In this document: one piece after another, positions 48,210 to 58,694 of the stretch
Position numbering within the stretch: position 1 is the stretch's first letter
Layout of the letters: every line of letters starts with the position of its first letter
Program-made: the position numbers and the translations under genes
The notes under the pieces: generated by a model
The model's database searches: none
Seen by the model: only the letters and a program-made list of their open reading frames with translations
Told to the model about the DNA's origin: nothing
IMG/VR virus record: IMGVR_UViG_3300023184_000035
Location: 64,001-128,000 of that record
Length of the DNA: 64,000 bases
Source of the DNA: a virus
Strand: one strand, 5' to 3'

Positions 48210-49332
48210 GCCAGTAGTAGATCCCAACAACAGAATTAGTTTTTTGTTGGATTGGGAACTCACATTAAAATGCAACTTAGATTGCAGTTATTGTGCTAGT
48301 GGCGTGGATTTTTTTCATGATAATTCAACCAGTCACCCACCACTGGCAGAGTGTTTAAAAACTGTAGATTTTATGTTTGAGTATGCGGACATGTATATGT
48401 CAACTAAACCTAAATCATTGCGTCAGGTTATACTCAATGTGTATGGTGGAGAGAGCCTGCATCATCCAGATATAGTGCCTATATTAGAGCAGGTGCATGC
48501 ACGTTACAAGCAATATCGTGATCGATGGAACCTCACCATTACCACAACAACAAATGCTGTTGTTAGTGACAAAAAATTTGCAAAAATTATTCCGTTGATT
48601 GACGAATTTACCACAAGTTACCATACTCAAGCCACAGACAAACAAAAACAACAATTCAAAAAAAACTTGTTGGCTATCAAGGCTGCAGGACGCAGGTTAA
48701 AATGCATTTTGTTGATGCACCCTGAGCCTGACCTGTTTGCGGATGCAAATTCCATGATGGCCTGGCTAAACACCAATGATATTCGATACCTGCCCAGGGC
48801 GTTGGACCATATTAAAGATCAGGTTGAATTCAACTACAAGACCACACAAGTTGTATGGTTTAAAAATTTATACAAAAATAAAAGTTTTAATTCCGCAAAT
48901 CAATTACCTGAACTAACACAAGACACAGACAACAATACTGACTTGTCTGATTCAGGACGAGCTTGTTGTGGTGGAAGACAACTGCATCAAGATCAAAATT
49001 ACAAAACCAGAGATTTTTTTGTTGCGAACCGATTTCCTGATTGGCATTGTAGTGTAAATCATTTCTTCTTGTATATCAAACAATACACTGGTGATGTTTT
49101 TGTGAACAAAGATTGTAAAATGAATTACAATGGCTCCGTGGGCCCAATTGGAAATTTAAAACAAGCTGATCAATTACTGACTGAAACAAAGAATTACGTT
49201 GATACTGATACCATGCCAGTTATACAGTGTAAAAAATTACAATGTTTTTGTGGACTGTGTGCGCCAAAAGCTGCCAGTAGAAGCGAGTATGACATAATTA
49301 TTAACAAATATTTTACAAAGAAAACATCATGA
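48187..49332 (+). CDS. Radical SAM protein with C-terminal Cys cluster
   Basis: CNLDCSYC, YGGE; C-terminal C...CFCGLC. Confidence 0.85.
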   Translation: MNSVKSLEPVVDPNNRISFLLDWELTLKCNLDCSYCASGVDFFHDNSTSHPPLAECLKTVDFMFEYADMYMSTKPKSLRQVILNVYGGESLHHPDIVPILEQVHARYKQYRDRWNLTITTTTNAVVSDKKFAKIIPLIDEFTTSYHTQATDKQKQQFKKNLLAIKAAGRRLKCILLMHPEPDLFADANSMMAWLNTNDIRYLPRALDHIKDQVEFNYKTTQVVWFKNLYKNKSFNSANQLPELTQDTDNNTDLSDSGRACCGGRQLHQDQNYKTRDFFVANRFPDWHCSVNHFFLYIKQYTGDVFVNKDCKMNYNGSVGPIGNLKQADQLLTETKNYVDTDTMPVIQCKKLQCFCGLCAPKAASRSEYDIIINKYFTKKTS

Positions 49333-49619
49333 GATACTTATTGCTAACCTACTACACCAAACCTGATGGCAAAATTGACGAAGTCATGGCTGTGGCTAAA
49401 AATTTGAAACAGCGCGACCATCAAACTTGCAATGTTATACTTGACTTTAAAACCCTGAGTGTGTTAAAATGCAGCATGGGCGGAACACAAGTACCAAGAG
49501 ATTTTGATAGAATCACAGCATACTATCATCAACACTATGCCTCAACAATAGAACGATTATTCAAAGAGAACGGATACGAAGTTGAAGTCAACACACAAAA
49601 AGAACCTGATCCTGGTTGA
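49329..49619 (+). CDS. Hypothetical protein
   Basis: TYYTKPDGKIDE...NVILDFK. Confidence 0.7.
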   Translation: MRYLLLTYYTKPDGKIDEVMAVAKNLKQRDHQTCNVILDFKTLSVLKCSMGGTQVPRDFDRITAYYHQHYASTIERLFKENGYEVEVNTQKEPDPG

Positions 49620-50175
49620 TGCTGATGGCGTACTTTTGGATTGGGAATACGCATTCTCAATCTGGATGGAAGAACACGGATTTGCCAAACGCGACGGACA
49701 CCAATTTGAATACGATATTGGCAACAGATATGGCATAGATCGGGAACAAGGCAAAAAACTGATCAAGATGTTCAACGAATCGGCTGCAATTGGATTCTTG
49801 CCACCGCTACGTGATGCCATGTACTACGTGAAACGCCTGCACGAAGAACACGGCTATGTATTTCACTGCATCACCAGCTTGAGCACTGATGTCAACGCTG
49901 GCCGACTGAGAGAAATGAACTTGCGCAAACTGTTTGGCAAGACTGCGTTTGAAGGAGTGACTTGTTTGGCCACTGGTGCCGACAAAGACTCAGCCTTGGA
50001 ACCTTATGCTGGGTCCTATCTCTACTGGGTTGAGGACAAGCCAGAAAATGCTGACCTAGGCCACCGCATGGGCCTCAGGAGCATACTAATGGAACACGGG
50101 CACAACATGCATCATGAGTGCCCGTATCCGGTGGTTAAAAATTGGCGGGAAATCTACGAAATTATCACCTCCTAA
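49582..50175 (+). CDS. HAD-superfamily 5'(3')-deoxyribonucleotidase-like protein
   Basis: LVDADGVLLDW, WVEDKPEN. Confidence 0.85.
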   Translation: MKSTHKKNLILVDADGVLLDWEYAFSIWMEEHGFAKRDGHQFEYDIGNRYGIDREQGKKLIKMFNESAAIGFLPPLRDAMYYVKRLHEEHGYVFHCITSLSTDVNAGRLREMNLRKLFGKTAFEGVTCLATGADKDSALEPYAGSYLYWVEDKPENADLGHRMGLRSILMEHGHNMHHECPYPVVKNWREIYEIITS

Positions 50176-50906
50176 ACTGCGTAGAGTTTCAACACTGACC
50201 CAATGATGCTGTGACGTTGTACATCACGTGTTTGCATTTCGCACACAGCAATTCCTGCGACTGGCGTTTGAGCCAATTTCGCACATAGATCAAACAATCC
50301 GTTGTCTCCTTGAGCACGGTCTGCTTGATCCACATCTCCTGTGATCACTATCTTGGAGTGTTGTCCAATGCGTGTCATCAGCATCTTGACCTGTGCTGGT
50401 GTGGCATTCTGCATTTCGTCTGCGATGATCCACGAATTTTTGAAGGTCCGGCCTCTCATGTATGCCAGAGGAGATATTTCCAGAATCTGATCTTCAATCA
50501 TGGCCAAGATGTCTTGTGGCCTATAGTATTCACGCATGACGTCCAGTAAGGGACGAGTCCAAGGTTCCATTTTGGCAACCAAATTGCCGGGAAGAAAGCC
50601 ATGACTTTCACCCTCCACACCCACTGCGGGTCTTGTCAGCACTATTCGATCGCATACTCCTTCTCTTAGATTTTTAACAGCGGCCAGCATTGCCAGGTAC
50701 GTTTTACCTGTTCCAGCGGGTCCTGCTGTAACGACAATGTGTTGAGCTGGATCTTGCAGGGCCATGACCAAGCGTTCTTGATTTCGTGTTCGAGGGATCA
50801 AGTCAATGCGGCGAGGTTGTGCTCGCGGCGCTGAGTTAAATGCTATGGTGTTTGCTACTTCCAGGTTCATACGTTTTTGTGCTTTTGTTGCTCGTTGTCT
50901 ACTCAA
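50172..50906 (-). CDS. phoH: PhoH-family ATPase
   Basis: GPAGTGKT, LTRPAV, GFLPG, YMRGRTF, DEMQN, TGD..Q.D; TTG start after AGGAG. Confidence 0.95.
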   Translation of the reverse strand: MSRQRATKAQKRMNLEVANTIAFNSAPRAQPRRIDLIPRTRNQERLVMALQDPAQHIVVTAGPAGTGKTYLAMLAAVKNLREGVCDRIVLTRPAVGVEGESHGFLPGNLVAKMEPWTRPLLDVMREYYRPQDILAMIEDQILEISPLAYMRGRTFKNSWIIADEMQNATPAQVKMLMTRIGQHSKIVITGDVDQADRAQGDNGLFDLCAKLAQTPVAGIAVCEMQTRDVQRHSIIGSVLKLYAV

Positions 50907-51073
50907 GTGTGATTCTCCTAAGCCCTGTAGGGCCAGGTATTTACGGTCAAAGATTTGACAATAACTGAGTGGTATTTTCAAATAGTTGGTCACTAAATAC
51001 TGACCTGGCTGCATAAAAGTGTCACGACTCAAGACTGTTGTGTGCTCTCAACAACTTTGGTAAATAATGCATT

Positions 51074-51685
51074 ATGCAAACCAAAAACATTCACGGCATC
51101 AACGACAAAGAACTGTTTAAAAATCACGAAGATTATTGGCAGGTCGCTGACAACATCCGCGACATATACATGAGTGACGGCAGTTTGACCACACTGTTGG
51201 ACTTTGAACGTGTGTTAGATGACATGGATATCTACGCATTTAAAAACTGGGAAATTGGTGAACTAGTTGCTGGTCCTGAAATTAGCAAGTACACTGTGAC
51301 TGTGACATTCATGTGGCCTGAAAAAATGATGCCCGATCCACGTGGAGCCAAACGTTTATTGCCGTTTGACTGCAAGGTCAATTACAAAAAACAAAAGATC
51401 AAAATACCCATCAAGATCAGTGATCCCAGCGATTACATTCCTGGTACCAAAAAAGCACGAATCATTGAAAAACCTGTGTGGTTGGTGGAAATTACCATGC
51501 CCAAACGACTCATGAGTGAGATCCGCACAGGTGCAGTAGAAATGGAAGATCAAGACATTGACCTTGATGAACTAGACGCAGCCTACGAGCAGGATCTAGA
51601 CAAAGAAGACACACAAAGCGATTCAAAGGCACAAGATGCACAACAAAACCTCGAACAAGACCTTGCCCCAGTCCCAGCTGCTTGA
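51074..51685 (+). CDS. Hypothetical phage protein
   Basis: LLDFERVLD..DIY...NW, MPDP.G; TAAATA upstream. Confidence 0.75.
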   Translation: MQTKNIHGINDKELFKNHEDYWQVADNIRDIYMSDGSLTTLLDFERVLDDMDIYAFKNWEIGELVAGPEISKYTVTVTFMWPEKMMPDPRGAKRLLPFDCKVNYKKQKIKIPIKISDPSDYIPGTKKARIIEKPVWLVEITMPKRLMSEIRTGAVEMEDQDIDLDELDAAYEQDLDKEDTQSDSKAQDAQQNLEQDLAPVPAA

Positions 51686-52205
51686 AGGACTACAGTATCG
51701 TGACCTAGAAGGCATGATGAAACCCACTATCCACGTGGACGAATTTTCAGGCAAAATGGGCGATGACGAAGACATCATCGTACTCAGCTTCTTTGTGCGT
51801 GACAAACAAGCAGCCAAAGATCTAGTGGCCTGGTTTGAAAAAGGCTATGACTTCGTGCTGGATGCTGACCGCTCACCAGGCGAAATCAAACCGTCACGCT
51901 TCTTGGTATACGTGGAAATGCGCAGACGCAGTGCCGCACCACAGTATGTGGCAGAACTCATAGATGACTTGGCCACACTTACAGAACATGAACTTGAAGA
52001 CTGGCACATGCGCTACGATGGCCAAACCATGCCGTTTTCAGAAGAAGCATTTGCAAAAACTGTGCCGTTGACTCCAGATGATTACCGTAAAACACATGAG
52101 ACGGATCTAAACGAGTGGCGCACAGCCGCTGGACTTCCAGTTAAAAAGATTCATGATACCAAGCGTGACCTTAAAGAACTACAATCAGCAGCAGGTATAC
52201 TATGA
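51636..52205 (+). CDS. Hypothetical phage protein
   Basis: DEFSGKMG.DEDIIVLSF..FEKGYDFVLDAD. Confidence 0.75.
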   Translation: MHNKTSNKTLPQSQLLEGLQYRDLEGMMKPTIHVDEFSGKMGDDEDIIVLSFFVRDKQAAKDLVAWFEKGYDFVLDADRSPGEIKPSRFLVYVEMRRRSAAPQYVAELIDDLATLTEHELEDWHMRYDGQTMPFSEEAFAKTVPLTPDDYRKTHETDLNEWRTAAGLPVKKIHDTKRDLKELQSAAGIL

Positions 52206-52579
52206 GAATGCGCGACATCATCATGGAAGGTGAAGAGGCCAAGAATGTCACGATAAACATTCCCATCACAATCACCATTCCTGCAGGCGGTGGCATGCCC
52301 ACAATTGGTAGTATAGCAGCGGCAGCAGACCCCAAGGACTTGCCTGATGAAACTATCATGGTTCCGCCCTTGCAACAAGAGCTAGAACTGATGAAACAAC
52401 AAGGCGGCAAAAAGAGCAAGATCATCAATCAAATTGTATCAGACAACGGAGCAGGCGGCCGAATGAGCGAGGCCAGCGAGGCCGAACAAGAATACGCCAA
52501 ACGCAATTACTTTAATCTTGCTGAAGATTTTGACGAACTGGCTGGAGAATTTGATCGCTTAGCCGAAGACCAGGAGTAA
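52202..52579 (+). CDS. Putative head-associated protein
   Basis: Leader MRMRDIIME; MVPPLQQELELMK. Confidence 0.55.
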   Translation: MRMRDIIMEGEEAKNVTINIPITITIPAGGGMPTIGSIAAAADPKDLPDETIMVPPLQQELELMKQQGGKKSKIINQIVSDNGAGGRMSEASEAEQEYAKRNYFNLAEDFDELAGEFDRLAEDQE

Positions 52580-52582
52580 TCC

Positions 52583-53230
52583 TTGTCGTTTATTCAAAAT
52601 CTTTTTACCAGCAGAGACAACAACGCCAACTCAGCCACATATGTTGGACAAGCGGATCGTCTTTGGTGGGATCCAGTAACCAACCAATTTTACTACAGTG
52701 ATGGCAACACCGCTGGGGGATTCCCTGTGGGAGGCGGCAGCGGCAACGCCGAACCAGCTGGCAGCAACACACAAATACAATTCAACAACAACGGCAGTTT
52801 TGGTGCCAGTGCAAATTTAACATTCAACAATGCATCCAATGTGTTGTCCTTGGGTGGTTCAGTAACAGCCACAGGCAATGTCACAGCCAATTACTTTGTG
52901 GGCAACGGTAGTCAATTGACTGGGCTTCCCTCGGGCGGCAGCAATATCACTGTACAAAATCAAGGCAGCATACTGACCACAGCGGTCAATACCATAAATT
53001 TCACCGGTAACGGGGTTGTGGCCAGCAATGTGGGCAATGTTGTAACTGTCAGCGTTTCTGGCGGTGGTGGCACATTGCCCAGCCAGGCTGGCAATGCCGG
53101 GAAGATTTTGAGCACAGATGGGGTCAACCCATTGTGGGAAACCATGCCTGGAGTGTTTGGTCTTGTGATAGACGGAGGCGATGCTGCCTTTGCAAGTTTG
53201 GATTTTATCATTGATGGAGGACCGGCATGA
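52583..53230 (+). CDS. Virion fibre adaptor protein
   Basis: YYSDGNTAGG; PAGSNTQIQFN; C-terminal IDGG twice. Confidence 0.6.
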   Translation: MSFIQNLFTSRDNNANSATYVGQADRLWWDPVTNQFYYSDGNTAGGFPVGGGSGNAEPAGSNTQIQFNNNGSFGASANLTFNNASNVLSLGGSVTATGNVTANYFVGNGSQLTGLPSGGSNITVQNQGSILTTAVNTINFTGNGVVASNVGNVVTVSVSGGGGTLPSQAGNAGKILSTDGVNPLWETMPGVFGLVIDGGDAAFASLDFIIDGGPA

Positions 53231-54138
53231 CCGCAGGTGCAACGATTAAACTACGCAGAGATACTTCTGCAAACTGGGCGACAGCCAACACAGTGTTGGC
53301 CATGGCTGAACCTGGACTAGACACCACAGTCAACTCAATCAAATACGGTGACGGGACCACAGCCTGGAACAATTTACCATATTCTGGTATTGTGCCCACT
53401 GCTACAGGCAATCTAATCCCGGCAATTGGTAATACTTACTCTCTAGGCAATGTAACAAATCCCTGGGCTGGGTTGTACATCAGTGGAAATACCATCTATC
53501 TTGGCAATGTAGTTTTAGAAGCCACGGGCAACGCACTTGTAATAGACGGTAGTGTTGTGACCCCCGACGGCGGCAATGTTGTATACGACCAAATATCTGC
53601 CACGGGCAATATTACAGGTCCAAATATCAGTATCAGTGGCAATGTTACCGGCAACTATTTTTCGGGAAATGGCGCAGGATTAACCAGTATAACAGCCTCA
53701 AATGTTGGTGTATTAACTTCTCTCAGTGTAACGGGCAATATTGACACTGGCAATTTACTCACCGCTGGGCTGGTATCAGCGGCTGGCAATGTCACAGCCA
53801 ACTATTTTGTGGGCAATGGCAGTGCATTGACCAGTGTTATGGCCGATCGTGGAGCAGATCTCAACAACTGGGACAGCATGACCCAAATGGGTGTGTATAC
53901 GGTAAATAGAGCTAGTTGGTCAGGTACAGTGGGAACACCGTTGGACAGTCAGGTTTACGTGGGATTGGTAGAAGTAATGAATAGTACAGGAACTGCGTTG
54001 TCGCAGGTATTTTACCCAGGAACAGTGGAATCAGGTAATGTCAAGATACAGTGGAATCGTACGTACTGGTCAGGAACATGGAGTTCATGGCTCAAAATAG
54101 TCAATGATGATCAAGTGGTGGTGGGTGGTGCGTATTAA
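53227..54138 (+). CDS. Fibre protein with Mtd-N-like N-terminus and knob-like C-terminus
   Basis: IKLRRDTSANW..N.VL..EPG.DT....K.GDG.TAWNNLPY; C-terminal W.R....WSSW. Confidence 0.7.
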   Translation: MTAGATIKLRRDTSANWATANTVLAMAEPGLDTTVNSIKYGDGTTAWNNLPYSGIVPTATGNLIPAIGNTYSLGNVTNPWAGLYISGNTIYLGNVVLEATGNALVIDGSVVTPDGGNVVYDQISATGNITGPNISISGNVTGNYFSGNGAGLTSITASNVGVLTSLSVTGNIDTGNLLTAGLVSAAGNVTANYFVGNGSALTSVMADRGADLNNWDSMTQMGVYTVNRASWSGTVGTPLDSQVYVGLVEVMNSTGTALSQVFYPGTVESGNVKIQWNRTYWSGTWSSWLKIVNDDQVVVGGAY

Positions 54139-54157
54139 GTTATAGGAAAAAGAAGAA

Positions 54158-56806
54158 ATGTCAAATACAATTTTATTAAAAAAATCAAGTACAGCCAACA
54201 GCGTACCATTAGCAGCTAATCTTGCATTGGGTGAAGTTGCCCTTAACTACACTGATGGTAATTTGTTCTACAAAGACGGCGGCGGCACAGTCAATCTCCT
54301 GGTCAGCAACAAATTTGTATCTGTTACAGGCAACATCACTGGTGGTAATTTGGTCACGTCAGGTGTGGCCAATGTGGGCAGTTTGAGCACTGCTGGCAAC
54401 ATCACAGGTGGCAACGTCAACGGTGGGGCAAATGTTTTTGCTACCACACATACAGGTACCACAGTTTCAGTAACAGGCAACATTACTGGTGGCAATTTAA
54501 TCACATCAGCAGCCATTAGTGCCGCTTCAGTCAGTGCAAGTGCAAATATCACCGGTGGCAACTTGAATGCTGCTGGATTGAGTTTGTCAAGCAACGTGGT
54601 CAGCGCATTAAACTTGAGTTCAAGCCTGACGGCGGCCACTACAATTTCAGCTGTGGGCAACATCACTGGTGGCAATTTGAATGCCGCTGGCCTGAGTTTA
54701 TCAAGCAATGTGATCAGTGCATTGAATGTTACTGCCAACATTGCTGGTGGCAACATCACAACACCTGGATTGATCAGTGCCACTGGTGACATCTCTGGCG
54801 CAAATATTACCACAGCAGGCCCCAATGCCACAATTGGTTCTTCAACAGCCAATGCCACTTACAACATTGGTACAGGTGCAACCACCACAGGTCTGCTGAA
54901 AAACATCAACATTGGCACCGGTGGTCTTGCCAACTCTACCACCACTGTTGCTGTTGGTCCCACACTGGGCAATGCCACTGTAACAACTTCTGCCAACACC
55001 ACAGTGGCCATTGCCAACACTTCTGGTTTGGCACTGAGTGTGGCTGGTAATGTAACTGCCAATTACTTTATCGGTAATGGGTCACAGTTAACCGGACTAA
55101 CGCCCAACAAGATTTTTAACGGTACCAGTGAAGCCAACATTGGAACTTCAAGTGGTAATGCCAATATTTCAATTGGTGGCACAAGCAATGTGGCTGTGTT
55201 TACCACGGCAGGGTTGAATGTCACCGGCATTGTTAGTGCATCGGGTAACATCACTGGCGGTAACCTAAATGCCAGTGGCTTGAGCCTAAGCGGCAATGTG
55301 GTGTCACCACTCAACGCCTCATCAAGTATTGCAGCCGGCACCACTGTTAGTGCTGTGGGTAACATCACTGGTGGCAACATCATTACAGGTGCAGCCGTAA
55401 GTGCTGCCTCAGTCAGCGCCAGTGGCAATGTCACTGGTGGTAATTTGGTCACAGCGGCTGCTGTAAGTGCTGCCTCAGTCAGTGCTTCGGGCAACATCAC
55501 TGGCGGTAACCTAAATGCTGCTGGACTGAGCCTGAGTTCAAACGTAGTATCAGCACTGAATTTAAGTTCAAGTTTGACGGCTGCAACAACCATCAGTGCT
55601 GTGGGCAATATTACTGGTGGTAACTTAAATGCTACCGGATTGAGTCTCAGTGGTAATGTTGTTTCAGCAATCAATTCAACTTCTGCTATCACAACCACTG
55701 CCAACATCACTGGTGGCAACATTGTCACAGGTGCGGCGGTCAGTGCTGCTTCAGTCAGTGCCAGTGGCAACATCACTGGTGGCAATGTCAACACCAATGT
55801 GTTGTCAGGCACCGGGACCACAATCAAATCTTCAGGTGCATTGAATCTCAGTGCTACCGGAAACATTGTGGTCAACAGCCAATACATCAATGGTTTATTA
55901 GATCCTATACAAAATCAAGACGCAGCCACCAAAGGCTATGTTGACAGTGTGGCGCAAGGTCTTGATCCCAAAGCATCAGTGGTATACGCCACAGCCGCAG
56001 CCCTAAGTGCATACACTTACAACAATGGCTCATCAGGTGTTGGCGCAACCATTACAGCCAACAGCAACGGCGCACTCAGCATCGATGGATCAACTCCCAG
56101 TGCCGGCGAACGTGTGTTGGTTAAAAATGAAACATCAACCAACCAACCCTACAACGGTATCTATGTTGTAACACAGGTTGGTAGCGGTAGTTTGCCGTTT
56201 ATATTGACCAGATCAACTGACTTTGATACCGGCACAGAAGTTCCAAGTTCGTTTGTGTTTGTTGAATTTGGCAGTACCCAAGCCGACACTGGTTGGGTGT
56301 GTACCACAAATTCACCAGTCACCATTGGTACTACCAACATTGTATTCACACAGTTCTCTGGTGCAGGTACATATACTGCCAATACCGCAGCTGGCCTGGT
56401 ACTAAACGGTTCGGTATTTTCTGCAAAAACTGACAACACAACCACTGCATTTGACGGTTCAGGCAACATCATTGTCAAAGCCAGTGCGCAGTTGACCACA
56501 CCCAACATTGGTGCCGCTACTGGTACCAGCTTGAGCGTAACAGGCAACATCACCGGTGGTAACCTAAATGCCACTGGATTGAGTTTGAGTGGCAACGTTG
56601 TTAGTCCGATCAACACAACGTCTACAATCATTACCACTGCCAACATCACAGGTGGCAACATAATTTCTGTAGCAGCATTCAGCGGTGTTAGTGTCAGTGC
56701 CAGCGGCAACGTAACTGGCGCCAACATAAACGGTACCACTGGAGTTTATTCAAGTGGTGTACAGGTCTTAACTATCAATGATACTGTAGATGGTGGCACC
56801 TACTAA
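54158..56806 (+). CDS. Long fibre protein with GNITGGN repeats
   Basis: GEVALNYTDG; DAATKGYVD; RVLVKNE...NGIY; ends DGGTY. Confidence 0.75.
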   Translation: MSNTILLKKSSTANSVPLAANLALGEVALNYTDGNLFYKDGGGTVNLLVSNKFVSVTGNITGGNLVTSGVANVGSLSTAGNITGGNVNGGANVFATTHTGTTVSVTGNITGGNLITSAAISAASVSASANITGGNLNAAGLSLSSNVVSALNLSSSLTAATTISAVGNITGGNLNAAGLSLSSNVISALNVTANIAGGNITTPGLISATGDISGANITTAGPNATIGSSTANATYNIGTGATTTGLLKNINIGTGGLANSTTTVAVGPTLGNATVTTSANTTVAIANTSGLALSVAGNVTANYFIGNGSQLTGLTPNKIFNGTSEANIGTSSGNANISIGGTSNVAVFTTAGLNVTGIVSASGNITGGNLNASGLSLSGNVVSPLNASSSIAAGTTVSAVGNITGGNIITGAAVSAASVSASGNVTGGNLVTAAAVSAASVSASGNITGGNLNAAGLSLSSNVVSALNLSSSLTAATTISAVGNITGGNLNATGLSLSGNVVSAINSTSAITTTANITGGNIVTGAAVSAASVSASGNITGGNVNTNVLSGTGTTIKSSGALNLSATGNIVVNSQYINGLLDPIQNQDAATKGYVDSVAQGLDPKASVVYATAAALSAYTYNNGSSGVGATITANSNGALSIDGSTPSAGERVLVKNETSTNQPYNGIYVVTQVGSGSLPFILTRSTDFDTGTEVPSSFVFVEFGSTQADTGWVCTTNSPVTIGTTNIVFTQFSGAGTYTANTAAGLVLNGSVFSAKTDNTTTAFDGSGNIIVKASAQLTTPNIGAATGTSLSVTGNITGGNLNATGLSLSGNVVSPINTTSTIITTANITGGNIISVAAFSGVSVSASGNVTGANINGTTGVYSSGVQVLTINDTVDGGTY

Positions 56807-56824
56807 AATAAGTAGTAGAGCACC

Positions 56825-58687
56825 ATGACAAACACAGTATTAATCAAACGTTCTGGCACAGCCAATTCAGTCCCGCTTGCAGGCAATCTGCAAGCGGGCG
56901 AGCTGGCCATCAACTATGCTGACGGCAATTTGTTCTTCAAGAACAGCGCAAACGTAGTAACTTTGATTGCCAGCACTCAATTTGTTTCAGTAGCTGGCAA
57001 CGTAACCGGCGGCAACATCACCACTGGCGGATTATTAACTGCCACAAATCAAATGGTGATTGTGGCGCCCAGCCCCACATCAGAAGGCGGTCAAATTGTT
57101 CTGGCCTGGGCCAACATATCAGGCATCACTGGACAGGCCAATTCAACTTGGAATTTGGATGTAGATTCCAGCAACAACTTCAGAGTATTCTCTCAAAATG
57201 CCACAGGCGTGGCAAATGTTGTTTTGAGTTTGAATTCTGCAAGTCAGGTGGCCAGTTTTGGGGGTAATGTCAGCGGTTCATATTTCATTGGTAACGGTTC
57301 AGCTCTTACTGGTATCACGGCCACAGCAGGTGCTGCCATCACCAACGGCACATCAAATGTCACAGTGGCCGCCAACAGCAATGTCACAGTAGGTGTAACT
57401 GGCACCACCGTTGCTACGTTTGCATCAACAGGTGAATACGTCACAGGATTGATCAGTGCTACTGGCAACGTGACCGGCAACTACATCTTGGGCAATGGTG
57501 CGTTGTTGACTGGTGTTATCACAAGTGTGGCCAACATCAATTTAGGAACCAGCAACGTCACTGTAGTAAGTTCAGGTGGCAATGTCACAGTAGGGGTGGG
57601 TGGCACTGGCAATGTGGCAGTGTTTGCTACTACTGGTGAATACGTCACAGGATTGATCAGCGCAAGCGGTAATATAACTGGTGGTAATCTAAATGCTGTG
57701 GGTTTGAGCCTAAGTTCAAACGTTGTATCTGCACTAGTGTCAGCAGCCAACATCACCACAACTGCCAATATCTCTGGTGGTTTTATACTGGGCAATGGGT
57801 CACAGTTGACTGGAATTGCCACCGGGAGCAGCACCAAAATATCCAACGGTACCAGCGAAGCCAACATTGGTACCAGTGCCGGCAATGCCAACATCACCAT
57901 TGGCGGTGTGTCAAATGTGGCAGTGTTTACCACCACAGGACTGAACATAACCGGCAACATCAGCGCATCAGGCAACATATCTTCGGGCCTGTTCTTTGGT
58001 GGCGGCAACATGGGCCTGGACACCGAAGCAGTCACACAGACGTTTAACTTTGGCAATCTCACTGCTGGGGTAGACACAATCTATGCCTTGAATGTGGTAA
58101 CTGCGCCAACTGACGCTGTGAACGGTGTCAACATCATTGACTACAGTATTGCCAATACCAAATTGGCCAACAGCATAGTGTTGACCACTCCCAACATTGG
58201 TGCTGCAACCGGCACCGGCCTAACTGTCACTGGCAATGTCAATGCTGCTGGTCTCACAGGCACCACAGCATCAGTCACAGGCACAGTATTTGCTGATAGA
58301 ATCACCACAGTGAGCGTCCCGCAGGTGCTGAATGACATCAGCAATCAATGTGATGGGGCAAAAATGATATTTCCTTTACAGGTTGATCAAAGCAACATCA
58401 CCTCAGCCAACATCACAGACAGCAAAAATCTGCAGGTGGCAGTGAGTGGCTTAGTGCTGTCGCCCTGGGTCAATACCCAAACCTGGCCCTGGTTCCAGAC
58501 TTTTGCTGGATTTCCTTTGCGCAGTCCTGGATATCGTGTGACTGCAGACGCAACTTCAGCAAACGTGACATTTTACCGATCTCCAGCACAAGGATCACAG
58601 GTAGTTCTCACCATCATAAATAATTCATCTACTGCACAATTAAGGAAATATCCATATAGTGCTACCACCATAGCACTGGGAGATTGA
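56825..58687 (+). CDS. Fibre protein with GNITGGN repeats
   Basis: N-terminus paralogous to 54158; ends IALGD. Confidence 0.75.
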   Translation: MTNTVLIKRSGTANSVPLAGNLQAGELAINYADGNLFFKNSANVVTLIASTQFVSVAGNVTGGNITTGGLLTATNQMVIVAPSPTSEGGQIVLAWANISGITGQANSTWNLDVDSSNNFRVFSQNATGVANVVLSLNSASQVASFGGNVSGSYFIGNGSALTGITATAGAAITNGTSNVTVAANSNVTVGVTGTTVATFASTGEYVTGLISATGNVTGNYILGNGALLTGVITSVANINLGTSNVTVVSSGGNVTVGVGGTGNVAVFATTGEYVTGLISASGNITGGNLNAVGLSLSSNVVSALVSAANITTTANISGGFILGNGSQLTGIATGSSTKISNGTSEANIGTSAGNANITIGGVSNVAVFTTTGLNITGNISASGNISSGLFFGGGNMGLDTEAVTQTFNFGNLTAGVDTIYALNVVTAPTDAVNGVNIIDYSIANTKLANSIVLTTPNIGAATGTGLTVTGNVNAAGLTGTTASVTGTVFADRITTVSVPQVLNDISNQCDGAKMIFPLQVDQSNITSANITDSKNLQVAVSGLVLSPWVNTQTWPWFQTFAGFPLRSPGYRVTADATSANVTFYRSPAQGSQVVLTIINNSSTAQLRKYPYSATTIALGD

Positions 58688-58694
58688 GGAAACT

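Noticed and set aside
50907-51032. N-terminal extension of PhoH, and similar extensions at 2319, 19776, 26384 and 31615
   Set aside because: They run through promoters or RBSs; downstream starts fit the SD or promoter position better
53227-54138. Diversity-generating retroelement suggested by the Mtd-like N-terminus
   Set aside because: No reverse transcriptase, no TR/VR pair with adenine-specific mismatches and no C-type lectin end seen in the window
54268-58344. Long minus-strand Val/Pro/Ala-rich ORFs (also at 36738-38702, 43873 and 61655)
   Set aside because: Antisense shadows of the GNITGGN codon repeats; no RBS or promoter support
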